This document shows, piece by piece, positions 57,958 through 64,000 of a DNA stretch of 64,000 nt. Each line of letters begins with the position of its first letter. Positions within the stretch are counted from its first letter, which is position 1. Position numbers and translations under genes: made by a program. The stretch lies in assembly GCA_963737265.1 (NCBI GenBank), contig CAVTRY010000006.1:64001-128000 (forward strand), written 5' to 3'. Under the pieces are notes generated by a model that was not told where the DNA came from, made no database searches, and was given only the letters and a program-made list of their open reading frames with translations. This DNA is from an uncultured delta proteobacterium (GTDB lineage Bacteria; Myxococcota_A; Polyangia; Fen-1088).

Positions 57958-59157
57958 ATGTCCTTGTCCGAAGAACTACTCGCAACGGGGCGAAGGCTCC
58001 TCATCAACAACTACGGCCGCGCGCCCATCGTCATGTCGCGCGGCGAAGGCTGCGAGCTGTGGGATGTCGACGGCCGTCGCTACCTCGACATGACTGCGGG
58101 CATCGCCGTGTGCGTGCTCGGCCACGGCCACGCCGGGCTGGCGCAGGCCATCGCCACCCAGGCTGCCCGTTTGCACCACACCTCGAACCTGTACTTCATC
58201 GAAGAACAGATCCGGCTCGCCGAAGCGCTCAGCCGCCGCGCCTTTGCCGGCAAGTTCTTCTTTTGCAACTCGGGCACCGAGGCCAACGAAGCCGCCCTCA
58301 AGCTCGCCCGGCGCTACCAGGCGGTGGTGCGGGGCAGGCCCAATCGCGTGGAGCTCATCGCCTTCGAAAATAGTTTTCACGGCCGCACCATGGGTGCGCT
58401 GTCGGTGACCGGCCAAGCCAAGTACAGGCAAGGCTTCGGACCTTTGCTGGCCGACGTTCGCTTCATCCCGTTCGGCGACGCCGAAGCCGCCCGCGCGGCC
58501 ATCAACGACCGCACCTGCGCGGTCATCGCCGAGCCCATCCAAGCCGAAGGTGGCATCAACCTGCCGCCGCCGGGATATTTGCAGGAATTGCGCCGCGTGT
58601 GCAGCGAACGAGGCGCCGTCTTGATCTTCGACGAGATCCAGACCGGCGTCGGGCGCGCGGGAACCTTCTACGCGTTCGAACGGGAGGCCATGGTTCCGGA
58701 CATCGTAACCTTGGCCAAGGGTCTGGCGGGCGGCGTGCCCATGGGCGCGATGCTGGCAAGCGACGAGGTCGAGCGCGCCTTCGAGCCGGGAACGCACGCG
58801 TCCACCTTTGGCGGCAATCCTCTGGCGTCGGCTGCCGCGCTTTACATCCAGCAAACCATCGACGAGCAGAATCTGCTCGGTCGCTGCCAAGACGCCGGTG
58901 CCTATCTCGGATCTGCCCTTTCCCGCATGGCGGAACGGCGCAGGCCGAAGACACGCAGCGCGCGCGGGCGCGGGCTTTTGCAGGGGCTCGTGCTCGACGG
59001 CGACGCGGGCGCAGTGGTGGTCAAGGCGCGCGAGCGGGGGCTGCTGCTGTCCGTGGCGGGCGGTTCGGTCGTGCGTTTCGCGCCGCCGCTGGTGGTGGGC
59101 AAGGACGAGATCGACGAAGCCGTTGCCATCCTGGACGCGGTGCTGGCCGACAGCTGA
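57958..59157 (+). CDS. argD: Acetylornithine aminotransferase
   Basis: NSGTEANEAALK, SFHGRT, DEIQTG, LAKGL and HASTFGGNP; adjacent to argF. Confidence 0.93.
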   Translation: MSLSEELLATGRRLLINNYGRAPIVMSRGEGCELWDVDGRRYLDMTAGIAVCVLGHGHAGLAQAIATQAARLHHTSNLYFIEEQIRLAEALSRRAFAGKFFFCNSGTEANEAALKLARRYQAVVRGRPNRVELIAFENSFHGRTMGALSVTGQAKYRQGFGPLLADVRFIPFGDAEAARAAINDRTCAVIAEPIQAEGGINLPPPGYLQELRRVCSERGAVLIFDEIQTGVGRAGTFYAFEREAMVPDIVTLAKGLAGGVPMGAMLASDEVERAFEPGTHASTFGGNPLASAAALYIQQTIDEQNLLGRCQDAGAYLGSALSRMAERRRPKTRSARGRGLLQGLVLDGDAGAVVVKARERGLLLSVAGGSVVRFAPPLVVGKDEIDEAVAILDAVLADS

Positions 59158-59177
59158 GAAAGTTTGCGAGAACGAAG

Positions 59178-60155
59178 ATGACGACGACGAAACGCGATTT
59201 CCTGAGCTTGTTTGACGTGAGCGACGTGGAGCTGGCCGCGCTCATCCGCCGCGCCGAAGAGCTGCGCTTTCTGCGGCGGATGGGTGAAGCGCACGCCACG
59301 CGCCCGGGACGCATGCTGGCCCTGATTTTCGAGAAAGCCTCGACGCGAACGCGCGTGAGCTTCGAAGTGGCGATCACCGAGCTCGGCGGGCACGCCGTCG
59401 TGCTCGGTCGCAACGATTCGCAGCTCGGCCGCGGCGAGCCCGTGAGGGACACGGCGCGAGTCATGGCCCGCTACTGCCACGCCATCATGGTGCGCACCTT
59501 CGGACACGAGGGCGCGCAAGAGCTGGCCGCCTATGCGTCGGTTCCCGTCATCAACGGGCTCACCGACCTTTTGCATCCCTGCCAGGTGCTCGCCGACTTG
59601 CAAACGGTGTACGCGCATATCGTGGAGCGCGATAGCGGCGCCGCTGGATCCACGACAGGTTCGGCCGCGGACGTGCTCTCCGTGCTGCGCGGCGTGCGCT
59701 ACGCCTGGGTGGGCGACGGCAACAACATGGCCAACACCTGGGTCGAGGCCGCGGGCCTGCTGGGACTCGACCTGGCGCTCGCGTGTCCCAAGAGCTACGA
59801 ACCCAATCAAGACGTCGTGGCGCGGGCCAAACGTACGGGCAAGGGCGCGATCCATATCACCCACGATCCACGCCAGGCCGTGGCCGGCCGCCATGTGATC
59901 TCGACCGATGTGTTCGCGTCCATGGGCAAGGAAGAAGAGACCGAGGCGCGGCGCCGCGCTTTCGTCGGGTATTGCGTCGATCAGGCGCTGGTCGCCACGG
60001 CGGATCCCAAAGCCATCGTGCTTCACTGCTTGCCCGCGCACAGGGGCGAAGAAATCACCGATGAAGTGATCGAGGGGCCGGCGAGCGTCGTCTGGCAGGA
60101 GGCGGAGAATCGCCTGCACGCGCAGAAGGCTCTTCTCGAATGGCTTTTGCGCTAG
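59178..60155 (+). CDS. argF: Ornithine carbamoyltransferase
   Basis: STRTR, HPCQVLAD, SMG, HCLPAHRGEE and AENRLH. Confidence 0.96.
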   Translation: MTTTKRDFLSLFDVSDVELAALIRRAEELRFLRRMGEAHATRPGRMLALIFEKASTRTRVSFEVAITELGGHAVVLGRNDSQLGRGEPVRDTARVMARYCHAIMVRTFGHEGAQELAAYASVPVINGLTDLLHPCQVLADLQTVYAHIVERDSGAAGSTTGSAADVLSVLRGVRYAWVGDGNNMANTWVEAAGLLGLDLALACPKSYEPNQDVVARAKRTGKGAIHITHDPRQAVAGRHVISTDVFASMGKEEETEARRRAFVGYCVDQALVATADPKAIVLHCLPAHRGEEITDEVIEGPASVVWQEAENRLHAQKALLEWLLR

Positions 60156-60922
60156 CAAGCGCGACGCGAGGGAGGCGACCTGCGGTGGCACCACGCGACG
60201 AGATTTCCGGGCTCGGCGGCAAGTCCGATCGGCCGCATTTGAATGTGTCCGTCGAGCTATCGCGGCTAACGCTTACGCCCACCGAGGGTTTCGTTCTGTC
60301 GCGCGTCGATGGTCGCGCAAGCTACGACGAGATTTGCCGAATGTCGTCGCTCGGCCGCGAGGAAACCCTGGCCATCCTGCGCAGGCTGAAGGAGGCCAAG
60401 GTCATTCTGGACCCGGGCGAACCCGCCGCTGCACCCGTCCCGCCGCCCAGGCGCGAAAATTCAAGAGCGGCGAGTGCGCCCTCGTTGTGGCGCGAGCCCA
60501 AGACGCCGGCGCCGGTGATGGTCACCGACGAGATGCTGCGCAAAGCGCACGAGCAGACCAACGGCAAGGCCGCGGACGCCACCGCGGAGCCTGGCTCTGC
60601 GCTCGAACGCTTGGACGACGGCGGGCCGGTCGATCCGGGCGATCTCGTCGACGGCCACGATCTTCCGCCCGACACCAAAAAGCGCATCGTGCGGCTGCAC
60701 CGTCGCCTGCGCCGGCTGGCCCCGCACGAGCTTTTAGGGGTCGCCGAGGACGCGGATGTGGCCACGGTCAAACGCGCCTTCACCGCGGCCTCGAAAGAGC
60801 TTCACCCCGACCGCTACTTCGGCAAGGATCTCGGCAGTTTCAAGGAAAAGCTAGCGCAGATTTTCGCTCGCCTGACCGAGGCCGCGCAGGCGATGGAAAA
60901 GGCGCGCAAGCGGAAGAAGTAG
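60140..60922 (+). CDS. Protein with a C-terminal DnaJ J-domain; start uncertain
   Basis: EGFVLSRVDG N-terminal region; HELLGV, SKELHPDRYF and IFARLTEA. Confidence 0.82.
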   Translation: MAFALASATRGRRPAVAPRDEISGLGGKSDRPHLNVSVELSRLTLTPTEGFVLSRVDGRASYDEICRMSSLGREETLAILRRLKEAKVILDPGEPAAAPVPPPRRENSRAASAPSLWREPKTPAPVMVTDEMLRKAHEQTNGKAADATAEPGSALERLDDGGPVDPGDLVDGHDLPPDTKKRIVRLHRRLRRLAPHELLGVAEDADVATVKRAFTAASKELHPDRYFGKDLGSFKEKLAQIFARLTEAAQAMEKARKRKK

Positions 60923-61070
60923 CTTGCGTGCCGCCCGCAGGGCCGGCTGGCGGGCCGCGTGGGCGCGAGCGGTAACGTGTTCGTGTGGGGCACGCGAGAC
61001 TGCGACGTGGGTGGCAAGGGGAGCCGCGCGGCGGCTATGCCGCCTATCTTAGTGTGCTACGTTCGAGAGC

Positions 61071-62192
61071 ATGCGACGGCGCCTGGCGATTGGCCTGGTT
61101 GTGCTTCTGTCCGCGGGCCTGCTTGCGGCGCGCGCCCTGCCCTTGCCCAGGCGCAGCGTGCCGGCGAGCCCGGCGGAGTCGGCGGAGCCTTCTTCGGCGC
61201 CGATGATCGCAGCCCATCGCGCGCCGTCGGGACCACGCCAGCGCGGGGTGGCGCTCGGGCTCTTCGCCGAAGATGTGAGCTTCTCGTACGCGCCGATGCT
61301 CGATGAAATCGTGGCTCTCGGGGCAAGTCACGTGGCGCTGGTGGTGCCGCTTTACCAGGTCAATGCAGCCTCGACCAAGCTCGGGCTGCACACGCGCTTT
61401 TCGCCTACGCTCGAAATGGTAGCGGACACCATTCGCCAGGCCAATCGGGCGGGGCTGGAAGTGACCGTGTTTCCCATCGTACGCCTGTCTAATCCAAGGT
61501 CGCCGAAAGAGTGGCGGGGAACCTTGGCGCCGTCCAACCGAGACGCCTGGTTCGCAAGCTACGGCGAGCAACTCGGCGACCTGGCGTCGATCGCCATGCT
61601 GACCGGTGCCACGCGCTTGGTGGTGGGCAGCGAGCTCTCGTCGCTCGACGGCGATCTCGAACGCTGGGGCAGGCTCATCACGCTCATCCATGCGGTATTT
61701 TCCGGCACGCTCGTCTATTCGGCCAACTGGGATCACTACCAGGACGCGCGGTTGTTCGACCTGGTCGACGAGATCGGTGTGGTCGGCTACTTCAACTTGC
61801 GCGAGCCGGCGGGAGTCTCCGATGTCCAAGCGCTGGCGAAGCGCTGGCGAACCATTGCGCGCGACATCGAAGCCAGCCTGGCCAAGTACGACAAGCCGCT
61901 TGTCTTCACCGAGGTGGGCTACCGGTCGCGCTGCGGCGCCACCGCAGCGCCGTGGGATGAAGCCTCGGGCGGAACGGCCGATGCGGCGGAGCAGCAGCGC
62001 GGGTTCGAAGCCTTTCGCCTGGCCTGGACCGCGCACGAAACCAGTCACGTTCGCCTCGACGGGCTTTACATCTGGAACTGGTACGGCTACGGCGGGCCGC
62101 AGACCACGAGTTACACCCCGCGCGGGAAGCCCGCGCTTGTGACCATCAAACAAATCATGGCCGACCTGGAAAACCCGGGGAGCGGCCCGTGA
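61071..62192 (+). CDS. Glycoside hydrolase family 113-like protein
   Basis: WRG, VGSEL, YSANWD, GYF, FTEVGYRS and WNW. Confidence 0.82.
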   Translation: MRRRLAIGLVVLLSAGLLAARALPLPRRSVPASPAESAEPSSAPMIAAHRAPSGPRQRGVALGLFAEDVSFSYAPMLDEIVALGASHVALVVPLYQVNAASTKLGLHTRFSPTLEMVADTIRQANRAGLEVTVFPIVRLSNPRSPKEWRGTLAPSNRDAWFASYGEQLGDLASIAMLTGATRLVVGSELSSLDGDLERWGRLITLIHAVFSGTLVYSANWDHYQDARLFDLVDEIGVVGYFNLREPAGVSDVQALAKRWRTIARDIEASLAKYDKPLVFTEVGYRSRCGATAAPWDEASGGTADAAEQQRGFEAFRLAWTAHETSHVRLDGLYIWNWYGYGGPQTTSYTPRGKPALVTIKQIMADLENPGSGP

Positions 62193-62195
62193 ATC

Positions 62196-64000
62196 CTACG
62201 CTGCCTTGCCGGTGTCCGCCGGCGGCGGCGACTTGGTGAACGGCGCCAGGGTCAGCGATTCCCAGGCCAAGAGAGCCAGGATGACGACGAAGCCGATCAG
62301 CAGCAGGAAGCTCTGATAGGTGTAGCGCAAATCCGTCCACCCCTCGGCCAGGGTGAAGTATTGCCCCACGCACATGGCGGCCAGGACAATGAAGACCCAG
62401 GCGAAGGTCGAGTCGTGATCCTCGCGCGGGCTTGCCACCGCCATGGGTAACAAGAACACGAAGTGGCAATAGTAATTGGATGGGTAGAAGTAGAATGGAA
62501 TCAGCAGAAGGCCGATGAGCGCGACCTGATCCAGTCGGCGACCGCGGCAGGCGACAAGCGCCAGCGCGGTCGCGATGAGGAGGATGCCGTAGAAGAGCGG
62601 GCGGCGCGCGGCGAAGGTCGTGCGCTGGGTGGTGTCCCAGTCGCCCCATGCCCCCGCGTGATGGTTGTTGCTGAGGCTCTTGGCCGACAGCTCGGGGCTG
62701 AAGGCAAGCACGTTGCGGAGGCCCACGTTGTTGGTGCTAGGGCCGGTGGCGTGAATCTCGATTTTCTGTTTCCAGGCGATCCAGGAATCGCGGAAGCCGA
62801 ATAGCGCCGAGGTCAGCGCGACGAGTGCGACCACACAGATGGCGGCGCCGGTAAACGCACGCAGCGCGGGCCGCTGACCGCTTCGCCATTCCGCCTTGGA
62901 GGGCAACCGCCGCCTCGACCACCAGCTGTCGAATGCGAACCACGCCATGGGCACGACGAAGAAAAACGTCGCCATGGCAGGAAAAGCGCGAATGAGCCCG
63001 CCGTACGCGATGAGCACGCCGCCCAAGAAGGGCCGACCTTTCTTGATGGCGCAGGCGCCGAAGCCCAGCGCCACCAGCCAATCCTGGCGCAGGGTCGAGC
63101 CCATCAGGTTCGAGCCGAAGTTGTAAAAGTCGCTCGCCCCCCAAATCACCATCACATACAACATCACCCGGATGCCGAAGGTCCGCGCCAGCACGAAGAA
63201 GAAGAGCAGCACCAGCGCCGGATCGATGAGCCCGGCGAGCGAGATGGACAGCTCGCTGGCGGGCGTTCCCTTGAAGATGAAATAGGCGGGCAGGACCCAC
63301 ACCGGCGTGGCGTTGCCGCCGTGATCTTGCATGCTGCCGAGGTAGTCGGTGCCGCCCATCGTGTCGGCGAAATACTTCATGTCGCGCTTGAATTCCTCCC
63401 AGCGCTCGGGCGTGAAGCGCGCGCGGATCTTGGGCAGCTCGCTCTCCACCTCGGTGCCGCTGCGGATCTCGGCGTCGCGCAGGTCGCGCAGGTGAACCTG
63501 CGCAAGCTGGTCGCGCGTGAAGCTGGGGGTGATATCCTGGTACGCCGCCAGGCTGGCGAGATAAAGGCCGTCGAAGCGCAGCTCGCGGAAGTACTTGGCG
63601 ACCGGATAGTAGTGGCGCATGTCCCAGGTGTGCACCAGCGTGCGCCGGCCCTTGGCGTGGTCGAAGAATTGCGGCATGCCGAAGTGGTAATAGGTTCCGA
63701 AGGCGGTCACCGCACACAGGGCGAGCGTTGCCAAGGTCACCGCGCGCTCGGGCGCCCAGCGCTTGGATAGAAACGCCTCCTTCACCACCACCACCGCCGC
63801 CAGCGCCGCCACCATGGCGCGCAGCTCCGGCTCTTGATCGAAGAAGGGATAAAGATCGATGAGATCCCGGGTCAGCATCCAGGCCGCGCTGAGGACGGGC
63901 AGAACCAACACGTACTGCCACTTCGAGGCCGATCTTCGGTGGAACAGGACGAAGATGCCGGCCAGGGCGCCAAACAGCAGCACCTTGACGTCGGTGGAAT
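62196..64000 (-). CDS. Large polytopic membrane protein (GT-C/GT87-like), 5'-partial
   Basis: Many TM helices; HYYPVAKYFRELRFDGLY, DHGGNATPVW and LRQDW; the frame is open to the window edge. Confidence 0.65.
   Translation of the reverse strand, partial: STDVKVLLFGALAGIFVLFHRRSASKWQYVLVLPVLSAAWMLTRDLIDLYPFFDQEPELRAMVAALAAVVVVKEAFLSKRWAPERAVTLATLALCAVTAFGTYYHFGMPQFFDHAKGRRTLVHTWDMRHYYPVAKYFRELRFDGLYLASLAAYQDITPSFTRDQLAQVHLRDLRDAEIRSGTEVESELPKIRARFTPERWEEFKRDMKYFADTMGGTDYLGSMQDHGGNATPVWVLPAYFIFKGTPASELSISLAGLIDPALVLLFFFVLARTFGIRVMLYVMVIWGASDFYNFGSNLMGSTLRQDWLVALGFGACAIKKGRPFLGGVLIAYGGLIRAFPAMATFFFVVPMAWFAFDSWWSRRRLPSKAEWRSGQRPALRAFTGAAICVVALVALTSALFGFRDSWIAWKQKIEIHATGPSTNNVGLRNVLAFSPELSAKSLSNNHHAGAWGDWDTTQRTTFAARRPLFYGILLIATALALVACRGRRLDQVALIGLLLIPFYFYPSNYYCHFVFLLPMAVASPREDHDSTFAWVFIVLAAMCVGQYFTLAEGWTDLRYTYQSFLLLIGFVVILALLAWESLTLAPFTKSPPPADTGKAA

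Noticed and set aside
59610-59690. Short Ser/Gly/Ala-rich insertion in ArgF after the HPCQ motif
   Set aside because: It is too short and has no intein signatures; it is probably a variable linker.

Overview
A high-GC bacterial chromosomal window of mostly housekeeping, envelope and signalling genes. Two Ser/Thr kinases, an OmpA protein with TSP3 repeats, PilZ, HDOD-GGDEF and many lipoproteins suggest Myxococcota (inference). I found no rRNA, tRNA or CRISPR array. Recognisable genes include bioA, rnr (frameshifted), ssb, argD, argF, sodC, a gshB-like ATP-grasp gene, an RluA-family gene, a MATE transporter, an Slt transglycosylase, and GH8 and GH113 hydrolases. The main structure the ORF track misses is a 579-bp element without a transposase (7426-8004). 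It has 23-bp terminal inverted repeats and an exact 9-bp target-site duplication, it splits a membrane-protein gene, and its only cargo is a GxxExxY nuclease-fold gene inside a second, inner inverted repeat. Other points of interest: a tandemly duplicated, translationally coupled pair of a Cys-rich membrane protein and a protein O-mannosyltransferase; two opposite-strand fragments of one gene family 13 kb apart, suggesting an inversion; a structured ~170-bp intergenic repeat in two copies; a restriction-nuclease-like/class III cyclase fusion with non-canonical specificity residues; an orphan Tae4/Tai4 pair; a compact c7-cytochrome/porin/cytochrome-lipoprotein operon; and a pocket of decayed genes at 54.5-55.9 kb. 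All family assignments come from motif recognition by eye; no searches were run.
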